Virus record (IMG/VR): IMGVR_UViG_3300030012_004641
Span: 1 to 57,321 of that record
DNA: 57,321 nt
From: a virus
Lineage: Duplodnaviria > Caudoviricetes
Reading direction: 5' to 3' (one strand)
Positions 18,450 through 27,936 of the stretch are shown here, piece after piece. The position numbers and the translations under genes are program-made. The notes beneath the pieces are model-generated. The model did not search any database and was not told the origin of the DNA. It worked only from the letters and a program-made list of their open reading frames with translations. Every line of letters starts with the position of its first letter. Within the stretch, counting starts at the first letter, position 1.

Positions 18450-19165
18450 CTAGTTTGCAAATAAGGATCTATATTATTTATGCGGTGAAGTTGTGTGTTT
18501 TCATAATCACCTACTTTTCTTTTTTTAACTATATTAGGATCAGAAGTTGATTCAAATATATAACCTGTATGATAGGTGTTTTTAAAAATATCCATTTGAG
18601 TTAAATCGGGCCAATCTTCTAATTTCCACTGGTGTGGTTTGGTTTTAATAGCATTAGGTAATTTATCTAAACCTAACTGTGCTGTTTCGGGTGTCATATA
18701 ATAGTGGTAGCCTATAGTATCTATATTTTGGCTTCTCCATGGTATATCTGGTAATCTGCCATCATAGGACATTTTTTTAAGTTGTAAAGCAGCTTCTTTA
18801 TTATCTGTTAGTATAATACCTCCCCTACCAAGAGCCAAATGTTTTCTATATTGGAAACTAATATTCATAAAGGTTCCTTTAATATAGCTATTGGGTTCCC
18901 ATAAAACAGCAGCATCAATTATATTAGGAGTCAGATAGTAATAATTTTTCCAGTTTTCATCTTTCCAATTTAACCTTAGATTTAATTTTTTAGCTAAAAA
19001 TGGAATAGATAAATAGGTTCTTTTAGGTACATTTATAGAATACACAGGATCATATCTAAGACATAATTCTACACCATGTGTACATGAATCTACAGCTATA
19101 GCAAAAGGGGCACCAAAAAATTCTGCTATTTTATTTTCGAATATTTTTACTGTTTCAAAGCTCAT
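18446..19165 (-). CDS. short DegT/DnrJ/EryC1-type PLP sugar aminotransferase
   Basis: AVDSCT, IDAA, SFQYRKHL..GRGG with the PLP lysine; only 239 aa. Confidence 0.75.
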   Translation of the reverse strand: MSFETVKIFENKIAEFFGAPFAIAVDSCTHGVELCLRYDPVYSINVPKRTYLSIPFLAKKLNLRLNWKDENWKNYYYLTPNIIDAAVLWEPNSYIKGTFMNISFQYRKHLALGRGGIILTDNKEAALQLKKMSYDGRLPDIPWRSQNIDTIGYHYYMTPETAQLGLDKLPNAIKTKPHQWKLEDWPDLTQMDIFKNTYHTGYIFESTSDPNIVKKRKVGDYENTQLHRINNIDPYLQTR

Positions 19166-19584
19166 AAGTATTTTTTCATTGCAATGTTATTTGATATAAA
19201 GCCATTTTTATTATAAAATTTAGATAAAGATTTATTACATAATAAAGTTATTCTATAGCAGTTTTTAGATTTGCCTATGTCTACTAATTTTTCAATAAGT
19301 TCTGCTCCTATATTTTTGCCTCTATATTCTTTAGCAACAACAATATCTTCAATGTGTCCAGCAACTTCTCCTCTTATTTTATTTTCTATTATAATACTCC
19401 CATACGCAATAGGTTTATCTTTATAAACACCTACAATTGCATTAGAAGAATTATTATTTTTAAATAAATTCCAACATACATTTTTATTGCGAGATGAGTA
19501 ATCTATTTCTGTTAATTGTTGTAGAAGTAAAAAAACATCATCTAAATCGGATTTTCTTATTGATCTAAAAGTGATTTCTTCCAT
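19162..19584 (-). CDS. GNAT acetyltransferase, GNA1 (glucosamine-6-P N-acetyltransferase)-like
   Basis: GHIEDIVV..EYRGKNIG, CYRITLLC, FYNKNGF. Confidence 0.8.
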   Translation of the reverse strand: MEEITFRSIRKSDLDDVFLLLQQLTEIDYSSRNKNVCWNLFKNNNSSNAIVGVYKDKPIAYGSIIIENKIRGEVAGHIEDIVVAKEYRGKNIGAELIEKLVDIGKSKNCYRITLLCNKSLSKFYNKNGFISNNIAMKKYL

Positions 19585-19587
19585 AAA

Positions 19588-20016
19588 TTAATTAATAAAT
19601 TCTTTATCTAATTTTTGTCCTTCATAAGGTCCAGTTTTATACTCATATACTAAAGTATCATCTTCTAAAATTTCGTAAGTGTGGCCTCCATATAAAGTAA
19701 AACTAGCATCTCCGGGTTTTAATATAGGTTCAGCAATTATAATGTCATTTAAATCATAAAGTTTACATTTAACACTACCCCTAATTACTACCCAAGATTC
19801 TTGGGCTATTTGTTCAGGGTAATGTCTATCTTTTACGATGTGTTTATGGGGTGGAAAGGTTTTTCCTTTTTCCATTCTCAATGTTGCACATTGTAAAAAA
19901 TTATTTTCAGGTATTACTTCTTTCCTCCCATGAAACTCATGGATTCTATTTACCACATGTAATAATCTACCATCAACTTTTGAATATATTTTTTCCATAT
20001 CAAACCCTTTCTGCAC
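19588..20016 (-). CDS. cupin-fold protein (WbuC-like sugar isomerase/epimerase)
   Basis: PHKH...QESWVV...GGH...EYKTGPY; start may be the ATG at 19998. Confidence 0.75.
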   Translation of the reverse strand: MQKGFDMEKIYSKVDGRLLHVVNRIHEFHGRKEVIPENNFLQCATLRMEKGKTFPPHKHIVKDRHYPEQIAQESWVVIRGSVKCKLYDLNDIIIAEPILKPGDASFTLYGGHTYEILEDDTLVYEYKTGPYEGQKLDKEFIN

Positions 20017-21163
20017 TATTTCTCATACTAATATATTCTTTAATCTTATCACAAACATGATCTACATCTTCAAGAGTCATGCCGTGGTGGGCTCCTAACA
20101 AGAATCCGTTTTTCATTATTAAATCAGAATTTTTAAAATCCTGTAAGTATTCTCTATAAACTGGGTGACGTGTTACGTTACCAGCAAATGTGACTCTAGT
20201 TTGGATATTCTGTTCTTCTAAGTATGTTAATAAGTCTAATCTGTGTTCATATTGGAGGGGGACTGCTAACCAATTAGGTTTAATACTATCATCAGGGAGA
20301 ATTAGTTCTTTTACTTCTTTAAGGTTTTTAATATAACGTTCAATATTAGCTCTCCTAATATGTTCAAACTTTTTAAAACGTTCTAATTGTACTAAACCAA
20401 ATGCAGCTTGCATTTCAGTTGATTTCATATTGTAACCTAAAACACCATATAAAAACTTATAATCATAGGGAATGCCATCAACATCGTGGTTAAAACGATC
20501 AGACATATCTTCTGAGTTATCCCCTATTCTACCCCAATCTCTAAATTGGAGGCAAACATTGCGAAGTTTTTCATCATTAAACATTACCATACCCCCAGCT
20601 CCGCCAGCAGTAATAACGTGTGATGCATAGAAACTAGTAGTAGCGATATCTGTTTCTTCAGTATATGTTACTGTGTCAGCTGAGTCTTCAATTAACACTA
20701 TGTCTTCTCTACCCATAGCTTTTAAACCGTCTTTTAAAGCTTTCCAATCCGGTTTATTTCCAATAAGATTAGGAATCATAAGTGCTTTTACGTCATCATC
20801 AATAGCATCTAATACTTCTTGAATATTAGCGCAATATGATGTGAGATCTACATCCACAAATACAGGAATAAGTCCTAATTGGATAATAGGGGCTAATGTA
20901 GTTGAAAACGTACATGCCGGAGTAACTATTTTAGTACCTTTAGGAAGTTGTAAACTAGCTAAAGCAAGTAAACATGCAGCAGATCCCGAATTAACGAATA
21001 CTCCATATTTTTTACCAAAATACTTTGCTATTTTTTCTTCAAATTCAACTGTACGGGGGCCAAATCCTGCTAACCAGCCATCTCTAAGGCAAGCTTCTAC
21101 GGCTTTAATTTCTTCTTCCCCATATGCTTCAAATTTATTAGGGGCATACCATATCTTTTTCAT
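20000..21163 (-). CDS. PLP-dependent NDP-4-keto-6-deoxyhexose 3-dehydratase-like (ColD/RfbH family)
   Basis: VNSGSAA, EDSAD, SFYASHVIT with His at the usual Lys position, GYNMK, FAGNVTRHP. Confidence 0.8.
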   Translation of the reverse strand: MKKIWYAPNKFEAYGEEEIKAVEACLRDGWLAGFGPRTVEFEEKIAKYFGKKYGVFVNSGSAACLLALASLQLPKGTKIVTPACTFSTTLAPIIQLGLIPVFVDVDLTSYCANIQEVLDAIDDDVKALMIPNLIGNKPDWKALKDGLKAMGREDIVLIEDSADTVTYTEETDIATTSFYASHVITAGGAGGMVMFNDEKLRNVCLQFRDWGRIGDNSEDMSDRFNHDVDGIPYDYKFLYGVLGYNMKSTEMQAAFGLVQLERFKKFEHIRRANIERYIKNLKEVKELILPDDSIKPNWLAVPLQYEHRLDLLTYLEEQNIQTRVTFAGNVTRHPVYREYLQDFKNSDLIMKNGFLLGAHHGMTLEDVDHVCDKIKEYISMRNSAERV

Positions 21164-21777
21164 ATTGTGCTATATAACTTATTTTGGGTTTCTTGTCGTT
21201 CTATATCTTTTGGGTGGTAGATACAAAATTCTTTATTTGCGGGTAATTGTGATTCAGTTTTATGTCCTGTAAGTATTTCATGGACTTTATTTTTCCATTT
21301 AATACGTTTTACATTTTTAAGGATCCTACATTGATAATCAGGAAAATTAACTCTACCATCTTCATCAACTCTCCACCCCCATTTATCAATGTGTTCTTGG
21401 GTTAATCCCTTTACTGTGTTAATTCGGGGAACCCAAAATATATCAGTTCCAGGATTATTTTTTATCAACCATTCAATAGTGTTCATAAGATATTCTTCAG
21501 GATACTCATCGGCATCAATCTGAAATATATAATCCCCCGAGCAATTATCTTTTAAATTATTTTTAAATGATGCAAAATCTTTATTTAAGGGAAACTCAAT
21601 TATTTGAATCTTATCCTTATATTCATCTAACACTTGATATACGCTAGGTGTAGTGTTTCCTTTATCACATTGAACTACTATTTCATCTTGTTCACGTTTG
21701 TGTTTAAATAGGTAATTCAAAAGATATTCTAATTGTACCCATTCATTACATACTGGTATAGCATAACTTATTTTCAT
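21160..21777 (-). CDS. glycosyltransferase family 2
   Basis: ISYAIPVCNE, FQIDADE, PDYQ.R, VHE. Confidence 0.88.
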   Translation of the reverse strand: MKISYAIPVCNEWVQLEYLLNYLFKHKREQDEIVVQCDKGNTTPSVYQVLDEYKDKIQIIEFPLNKDFASFKNNLKDNCSGDYIFQIDADEYPEEYLMNTIEWLIKNNPGTDIFWVPRINTVKGLTQEHIDKWGWRVDEDGRVNFPDYQCRILKNVKRIKWKNKVHEILTGHKTESQLPANKEFCIYHPKDIERQETQNKLYSTI

Positions 21778-22232
21778 GATTCAAACATTCCTATTTCTTC
21801 AGCGGCATCCATAAAACATAGTTTATCATATCGCTTTATATTTTTAATATCCATTCTAAATTTATAAAACTCACCTGGATTGTGTGGGTCCGGATACTTA
21901 TCTTGTTCTTCTTCGGTTACAGGGATAGCTTTAACGGCCGCCCAGTACCAATCTTTAACTCTTTTATTCCATTCAGGAAATACCATTCCGTTTTCGTGTA
22001 AGTTAATAATTTTAGGGTACCAAGCCAAATTATCATGAACTTGTTTTAAATCCTTAATAATTTCAGCTGTTTGTTCGTAGTTATCTTTTTCAAAATCACT
22101 TCCATCCTCCATCAGGCTATTCGTAGTCATACCACAAGTCCAACACAAGTATATATCACTACCATCTTTAGCAGTAGTTTTAGAGCAAGCATCTGATCCA
22201 CAACAAGGACATTCTATTAAATCTGTGTTCAT
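21774..22232 (-). CDS. Zn-ribbon-containing hypothetical protein
   Basis: CPCCG ... CWTCG. Confidence 0.65.
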   Translation of the reverse strand: MNTDLIECPCCGSDACSKTTAKDGSDIYLCWTCGMTTNSLMEDGSDFEKDNYEQTAEIIKDLKQVHDNLAWYPKIINLHENGMVFPEWNKRVKDWYWAAVKAIPVTEEEQDKYPDPHNPGEFYKFRMDIKNIKRYDKLCFMDAAEEIGMFES

Positions 22233-23482
22233 GCTTCTACTTTTTTAAGGGTAGGTAATTGTATGGGAACATTTACTGCTACTTTAATTTCATCCATGTA
22301 TCCTTTTAATACTTCTGTCATTTTATCCTGACTAAAGTTTTCTTTAAGGAATTTAGTTTGTTTACGGCTGTTTTCGATATATTTTTTATATTTTTTATAG
22401 ACATCTTTCATAGCCTTAGAGGCAACTTCAGTGTTTATATTAAACCAACTAGCTTCTTTAAGTAACCATTGATTAGCGGCTGATTCATGAATAGGCTTAA
22501 GTTCACCACCGATTAATAGATTATATTCAGGGCGAATAAAATCAACATGCCCACTCCAATTAGTTGTAATTACAGGTTTACCTGTAATGGCTTGTTCAAG
22601 TAATGGACGTCCAAAACCTTCACCTTTAGTGAATGAGACGAATGCTTTGATTTTAGGGTCATTGTTAATTTTATTAAGTTCTTCATTTGTAAATTCACCA
22701 TGAAGAATATATACATTGGGGAGATCATCTTTATAGTCAAATTGATTTCTGAGATCACGGATATGTCTTAAGATTTCTTCTTTATCCAATAAGCTATAAT
22801 CTACTTTATTAGTTTTTAAAAGTAATGCTGGTTTAGATCCTCTACCTTTAAAAGTTTCTAAAAAGGTTTTAATCATAGTTGCGACATTTTTTCTATCTTC
22901 ACCAAAAGCTCCTGGTAACCAGTGACCCGTAAATAGAAAGCAAAAACTTTCATCTATATTATCAAGTAATCCCGATTTTCCTGGTTCTTTAAAATATACT
23001 CCTGTATCTAACCCCTCAAATAAAACCTCAATAGGTTTTTCTAATTTAATTACTCCAGCAGGATTACCTTGTTTATCTTTATGCTCAAATTGGACTTGTT
23101 TAAATGTATCTTTAGTAAATTTTGATGATACAAGATTTAAATCCATACGGTTCATTCCTTGAATAAAGTCGGGTGGAGGTACTGTGGATTCAATACCCGC
23201 TGTAACGCCTACATTATATTTGCCTATTTTTTGGAATTCATTAGGGATAGTGATTTGCATCCAAACTTCAGGTTGTTCTTGAAGATTACTTATAAAACGT
23301 GATCTTAGGGGATCATTTTTATCTAAGAACCCATGTGGGGTACTCCCCCATTTTTGTGGGAGTATTTTAATATCCCAGTCTTTATCTTTAGCTTCTATAA
23401 GCGAGCGAACAAAATCGCGTGAACGGTGTCCATATCCGCTAAATGTATCTACTGGACAACTAACTACACAAACTGGTTTCAT
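22229..23482 (-). CDS. glycosyltransferase family 4 (GT-B)
   Basis: SGYG, RKN, GEGFGRPLLE, TNWSGH. Confidence 0.88.
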   Translation of the reverse strand: MKPVCVVSCPVDTFSGYGHRSRDFVRSLIEAKDKDWDIKILPQKWGSTPHGFLDKNDPLRSRFISNLQEQPEVWMQITIPNEFQKIGKYNVGVTAGIESTVPPPDFIQGMNRMDLNLVSSKFTKDTFKQVQFEHKDKQGNPAGVIKLEKPIEVLFEGLDTGVYFKEPGKSGLLDNIDESFCFLFTGHWLPGAFGEDRKNVATMIKTFLETFKGRGSKPALLLKTNKVDYSLLDKEEILRHIRDLRNQFDYKDDLPNVYILHGEFTNEELNKINNDPKIKAFVSFTKGEGFGRPLLEQAITGKPVITTNWSGHVDFIRPEYNLLIGGELKPIHESAANQWLLKEASWFNINTEVASKAMKDVYKKYKKYIENSRKQTKFLKENFSQDKMTEVLKGYMDEIKVAVNVPIQLPTLKKVEA

Positions 23483-24948
23483 GATAAAACTTCTTTTACT
23501 TTTTGTTTAAATTCAGGGGTATATTGAACTGGATTAGGATTATAAGTAGTATACCCATCTTCTACTTTCTCTATAGTATATTTTTCCACGGGTTCCCAAT
23601 TTTTAAGTAGGGTGTTAATGTGGTCTATAAAGTTTTGACCCATACCTTTAGAGGTCATTCTGGCTTCATCTGAGAGTAACCACTCTCTACCTTTAAGGCC
23701 TCTACGGGCAATTTCTTCCCTACCTAAGTTATAACACTTTAAAAGGGCTAAACCAGCATCTTCAATATCTACTTGACTAGCGTAAATGTAAGGTGTAGGA
23801 GGAGAACCTTTTAATGAACGTGTTTTGGGCCACATTGGAATAGCCCATTCACCATGTTTTTTATACTGACCATTGCTATTAGTAGGGAACTTAGTTGTAA
23901 AATTAATCCAATCACCATTTTCGTCTTCAAAACGCATTTGGTCCTGCATACCACCTTGGACAGGCGCAATCGCCATATTACCAGCCATAATTCCTTCTGT
24001 AAGTGATAATCCCCAGCCTTCATTATCTGTCATCATAAACTGAGCATCCGCCATGTTATAGTAGTAATTTAGTTGTTTTTCATGACATTTACCTCCGGTA
24101 AATTTAATTTTAGCCCTTGATGGGTCGCACATGTGTTCAATTACAGCAGGAATATCTGTTCCATTACCATCTACAGGATCAGTATGCATTATAAGTAAAC
24201 AACGTTCTGCTTGTTCTTGGGTAAGTTGATCAGTAAATATTCTCCAAGCTGTTACGACGTCACCTGGGTTTTTGCGTCGGATATTTCTATTATTCCAGAA
24301 TAAAACAAAATCATATTCTTTACCTTCAAAGAAGTTTTCTTTAAAAGTTTCAAATTCTAAATCATTAATAATAGGATAAAACTTCTTTTCATCTATCCCG
24401 TGAGGGACATATTGTGTCTGCCAATCTTCTTTTGGGAAATCTCTAAGTACATTTTCAACTAAATTTTTAGTTTGTTTTGAAATACAAAGAAGAAGATCAT
24501 CTGAACGGTAAAAATCTCTATTCCACATTGGGTAAGGCAAATCATCCCAAATTGTATAGAAAATCATAGGGATTTTAGTTCTAATTTCTTTTTCCATTCG
24601 GTAGAGCCAAGTCCAGTAACGTGGGTCTGTAAAATGGAGAATAGCATCTGGTTTTTCTTGTTCAAGTAATTGACGAATAATTTGATCATTACCATAACCA
24701 TCCCATGGAATAACTTTAACATCAGAATCGGGGATTCCTAATATTCCGTTTATTTGTTCACTAAGATCAAATGCTTTACCCTGTTCTGGGTGTTTAATTG
24801 CTGCTCCTAAGTTAACCCAGTTAAAATGGTGAGCTGTGTTAAGAACTATTTCTTTACCCATAGTACCAATACCACTATGGAGTCTAATGTCGTCACAAAG
24901 GAATAGGATTTTTTTCCTTTCCTCTTTAGGAATATAACCTTCTTTCAT
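23479..24948 (-). CDS. glycosyltransferase family 4 (GT-B)
   Basis: SGIG, VPHGID, NRNIRRK, NEGWGLSLTE. Confidence 0.88.
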   Translation of the reverse strand: MKEGYIPKEERKKILFLCDDIRLHSGIGTMGKEIVLNTAHHFNWVNLGAAIKHPEQGKAFDLSEQINGILGIPDSDVKVIPWDGYGNDQIIRQLLEQEKPDAILHFTDPRYWTWLYRMEKEIRTKIPMIFYTIWDDLPYPMWNRDFYRSDDLLLCISKQTKNLVENVLRDFPKEDWQTQYVPHGIDEKKFYPIINDLEFETFKENFFEGKEYDFVLFWNNRNIRRKNPGDVVTAWRIFTDQLTQEQAERCLLIMHTDPVDGNGTDIPAVIEHMCDPSRAKIKFTGGKCHEKQLNYYYNMADAQFMMTDNEGWGLSLTEGIMAGNMAIAPVQGGMQDQMRFEDENGDWINFTTKFPTNSNGQYKKHGEWAIPMWPKTRSLKGSPPTPYIYASQVDIEDAGLALLKCYNLGREEIARRGLKGREWLLSDEARMTSKGMGQNFIDHINTLLKNWEPVEKYTIEKVEDGYTTYNPNPVQYTPEFKQKVKEVLS

Positions 24949-24970
24949 TAAATAAAACCTTTTTTATTGT

Positions 24971-25162
24971 TTATAATCCACTACCGCTGATAGTCAGATC
25001 AGTATGTGTATGAAGTCTTTTTGCGAACTCCTCATCAGATAAATAGAGATGTATACTTCTATTTACTAATTTTTGGAGATTGAATTTATGTCTAATTGAA
25101 GCGACTTTAAAATCTTCAAATAGCATTTCTTCTAATTTTACGGAAGTTAATTTAAGTGGCAT
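24971..25162 (-). CDS. ribbon-helix-helix-like DNA-binding protein
   Basis: KLTSVKL beta-strand followed by two helices (LFEDFK; LQKLVNRSIHLYL). Confidence 0.55.
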   Translation of the reverse strand: MPLKLTSVKLEEMLFEDFKVASIRHKFNLQKLVNRSIHLYLSDEEFAKRLHTHTDLTISGSGL

Positions 25163-25164
25163 GT

Positions 25165-25189
25165 TGTATATGTTTACATATACATATAC
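25165..25189. promoter_or_regulatory. operator-like inverted repeat upstream of the RHH gene
   Basis: TGTATATGT-TT-ACATATACA perfect 9-bp inverted repeat plus a third ACATATAC copy. Confidence 0.5.
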
Positions 25190-25192
25190 GCA

Positions 25193-26245
25193 TTATTCAA
25201 AAAACCTATCTATTTCTCCGGGAGAGGGCACATCTTCTCCCCTTCTACGAGCATGTTTAATAGTTTCCATTAAAGGGCCTTTTAAACTCATAGGTAATTT
25301 AATATATTCTTTAATTACCTGGGGTTCTTCAAACAAATCATCGCCTACTTGTTCTACCATATCGTTTAAAACCATATCCATAGCGTGTTCCTCGTCCCAT
25401 TCTTCTTTTTTTTGTTCTACTTGTTCACCATATACATTTTCTTTAGTTTTTTTCTTTAACTGCTCAAATGCAAAGTTTGCTGCAATTACAAGTGCGATAG
25501 CAAGAGGATCAAATACAAATATAATAATTAATAGTAACCAATTAATAATTTGGTCCATAGGCTTGCCCGTTAAACCAGATAAATATTTAAGTGGCCCAAG
25601 TTCACCTGCTATATTGGCATTACTAGTTACTTCAACAATTTCTGTTTCATAATCGAATAGTTGTTGGTTTAAGTTATCTATTCGAGTATTAATTTCAGTT
25701 TGTCGTTCAATTGCCTGATCAAGTTGTTTTTCTAGAGCTCTCCTAGTAGAAGATGAGGTTGTTGTTAATACATTACCTAATGTGTCAGTATACTGGATTA
25801 CATTGTTAGATAAGCCAAACCTCAGATCTTTCACCGCCTCGTTAATACTTTTCTTTTCATCGCTGTAAACCGCAAGTTGTTCCTTAATGTTATCTCGTTT
25901 AGTTTCTATTAAAGTGATTTGAGCGTCTACATTTTCTGCTAATGCTGCTGTTTCTTGATATGCCGCAGATAGGAAACCGTAAATGCCCATACTTGTAATT
26001 AGAATTAATATTAAGCATGCTACTGATAAATAATATTTAAGTAGTCGGGGTAATTTTTCTCTATATTGGTAAAGTAAAGAAGCAATTACTAATTTAGCTA
26101 CTTCAAGTGAAGCAGCCATTATAATGACAGCAAAAGCTGCTCCTGCAAAAAGCTTACTTAACCCACTAACAGAGTAAAAAGCAGCTGATGCAGAAACAGA
26201 TAATGCGGATAATGCTATTATAAAAGGAAATAGTTTTTGTCTCAT
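25193..26245 (-). CDS. membrane protein with coiled coil (DUF4407-like architecture)
   Basis: three N-terminal TMs, long coiled coil, C-terminal TM with IFVFDPLA. Confidence 0.65.
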   Translation of the reverse strand: MRQKLFPFIIALSALSVSASAAFYSVSGLSKLFAGAAFAVIIMAASLEVAKLVIASLLYQYREKLPRLLKYYLSVACLILILITSMGIYGFLSAAYQETAALAENVDAQITLIETKRDNIKEQLAVYSDEKKSINEAVKDLRFGLSNNVIQYTDTLGNVLTTTSSSTRRALEKQLDQAIERQTEINTRIDNLNQQLFDYETEIVEVTSNANIAGELGPLKYLSGLTGKPMDQIINWLLLIIIFVFDPLAIALVIAANFAFEQLKKKTKENVYGEQVEQKKEEWDEEHAMDMVLNDMVEQVGDDLFEEPQVIKEYIKLPMSLKGPLMETIKHARRRGEDVPSPGEIDRFFE

Positions 26246-26249
26246 GGGA

Positions 26250-27164
26250 TTAGCTATTACAAGCTACACACCATTTAGAAGAACATTTTTTTGTGGTAGC
26301 TAGCGTCTGTTCTATTTTGTCTATATCATACGTATTAGTTCCCTCTATAAATACGCTTTCAATAAATTCATGAAGCTGACGAGTTACTCTGTTTAAAGAT
26401 ACTTTACCAGAAGAGGGTTCAAATGTTTGTATTCTTGAAGCCATTGCTGGGTACTTAGGGTTTTTAGGTATTTTGCGTTTTACAATAAAGTACTTGCAAT
26501 CAATCGATTCAACCGGCACATTATATTGTTCTGCGAAATAACGTTTATATAACACCATTTGTGCTGTTTTGATTTTATTTTCCTTTTCATATTTAGTCCA
26601 CCCTCTAGTAGAAGTTTTAATATCCCAAATACTTACTTTTTGTAAATCTTCATCATAGAATACTAAATCTAATTTTCCAAATAACATAACATCAGGAAAT
26701 TTTTCATGGGGTGGTGTTAATATGGGCATTTCAACCCCAAGTAATTTAGTACCACGTTTTGAAAAATGCATTTGACGGCGTTGTAAGAAAAATTCAATTA
26801 TATTAAGTCCATCATTTACAAACTCAACTAAGTCTTTTTTAGTTGCAAAATTATTTCCAATTTGCTCTTTATACTCACCATACATTTTCATAAAACGTTC
26901 TTGAAAATCTTCATAAATAGGAAATTCATCTGCAGCCTTAATAGATTTATTATACATTAAATCAAGATACTCTTGAAGGGTTTCATGCATAGCAGACCCA
27001 AAAGCTAAATGGATATTTGGGGGTTGTTTCTGTTTATCAATGTACATTAATTTCCAGTTATGGGGGCATTCACTCCAAGCTGAAAATTGGGTATAAGAAA
27101 CCATCTTATACTTTTCCCAATCCATTTTTGGGACAACTGTATTTTGTACGTTTTCTAAAATCAT
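26250..27164 (-). CDS. PD-(D/E)XK nuclease (Cas4/RecB-like)
   Basis: SYTQ..W.ECP, FGSAMH, GKLD, DIKT, QMVLY, C-terminal Cys. Confidence 0.85.
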   Translation of the reverse strand: MILENVQNTVVPKMDWEKYKMVSYTQFSAWSECPHNWKLMYIDKQKQPPNIHLAFGSAMHETLQEYLDLMYNKSIKAADEFPIYEDFQERFMKMYGEYKEQIGNNFATKKDLVEFVNDGLNIIEFFLQRRQMHFSKRGTKLLGVEMPILTPPHEKFPDVMLFGKLDLVFYDEDLQKVSIWDIKTSTRGWTKYEKENKIKTAQMVLYKRYFAEQYNVPVESIDCKYFIVKRKIPKNPKYPAMASRIQTFEPSSGKVSLNRVTRQLHEFIESVFIEGTNTYDIDKIEQTLATTKKCSSKWCVACNS

Positions 27165-27517
27165 TTAAACTTACCTTGTTGTATAATTTGACCTATAATT
27201 CCATATACACTAAGGTCTTTAAGTGTATCTTCTATAGGTTCACCTACTGTATCAGGCTCTCCTTGTACAACCAAGTTTTTTAATCGTTGTATTTTATCGT
27301 TTAATCTAAACCATAAACCAGTAAGTGCTAGTTTAATGTCTGCTTCAGTTTCTAAATTAGTACCTACATTAATATTTGATGGACCATAATTTCTATGTTT
27401 TTTACAAAATAAAACATATTGTTCCATCATAATTTTTTTATATTCCTGGGTTAATTCAGGATATTTTTCTTCACACCATTTTACTGCGGCATCGTCTTCA
27501 GGAGTAAAATCTATCAT
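27161..27517 (-). CDS. nucleotide-modification-associated domain 1 (DUF1599, MazG-like) protein
   Basis: KKHRNYG, RLNDKIQRL, EPIEDTLKDLSVYGII. Confidence 0.8.
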   Translation of the reverse strand: MIDFTPEDDAAVKWCEEKYPELTQEYKKIMMEQYVLFCKKHRNYGPSNINVGTNLETEADIKLALTGLWFRLNDKIQRLKNLVVQGEPDTVGEPIEDTLKDLSVYGIIGQIIQQGKFK

Positions 27518-27936
27518 TTTTTCATTAATTTTTTAATTTGGTCATCTTGGATTCCTATATGCTTTAGAAGACTTTTAATTTCTTTTTTATCAAGAATCTT
27601 TAAGTAGTCTTCTGCCTGTTTGCGGGAACATTCGAGGTAACTGCTTATTAATTCTATCATATCAGGGTTGTAAGATTTAGTTTTGTTACCTTTAATCCAT
27701 TTCTGAAATCTAAAATTAGACGGCAACATAGATTGATAATATTTAAATATCTCCGCTGGAGTTAATTGCCCACCTGTATAAGGTTGGATTTTATTAACTA
27801 TATCTAAATAATCAGAAGTAAAACTTAGAGCACGATTAATGATAAATGTATTCCAAGCTTTTTGTTGATCTTCAGTTAGTTCGTTCCAATTAGTTTTTTT
27901 ATTATGAACTAATTTTAGAAAATCAAAGGGCGTCAT
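27514..27936 (-). CDS. clamp loader small subunit (T4 gp62-like)
   Basis: FIINRALS...F.KW motif; position near the gp44-like gene. Confidence 0.8.
   Translation of the reverse strand: MTPFDFLKLVHNKKTNWNELTEDQQKAWNTFIINRALSFTSDYLDIVNKIQPYTGGQLTPAEIFKYYQSMLPSNFRFQKWIKGNKTKSYNPDMIELISSYLECSRKQAEDYLKILDKKEIKSLLKHIGIQDDQIKKLMKK

Noticed and set aside
9132-24948. Interpretation of the window as a bacterial chromosome O-antigen locus
   Set aside because: Flanked seamlessly by T4-like replication and phage hypothetical genes; no flippase, polymerase or chain-length genes.
26250-27164. Cas4-like nuclease as a sign of a CRISPR system
   Set aside because: No repeat-spacer array or other cas genes seen; solo Cas4-like nucleases are common in phage replication modules.
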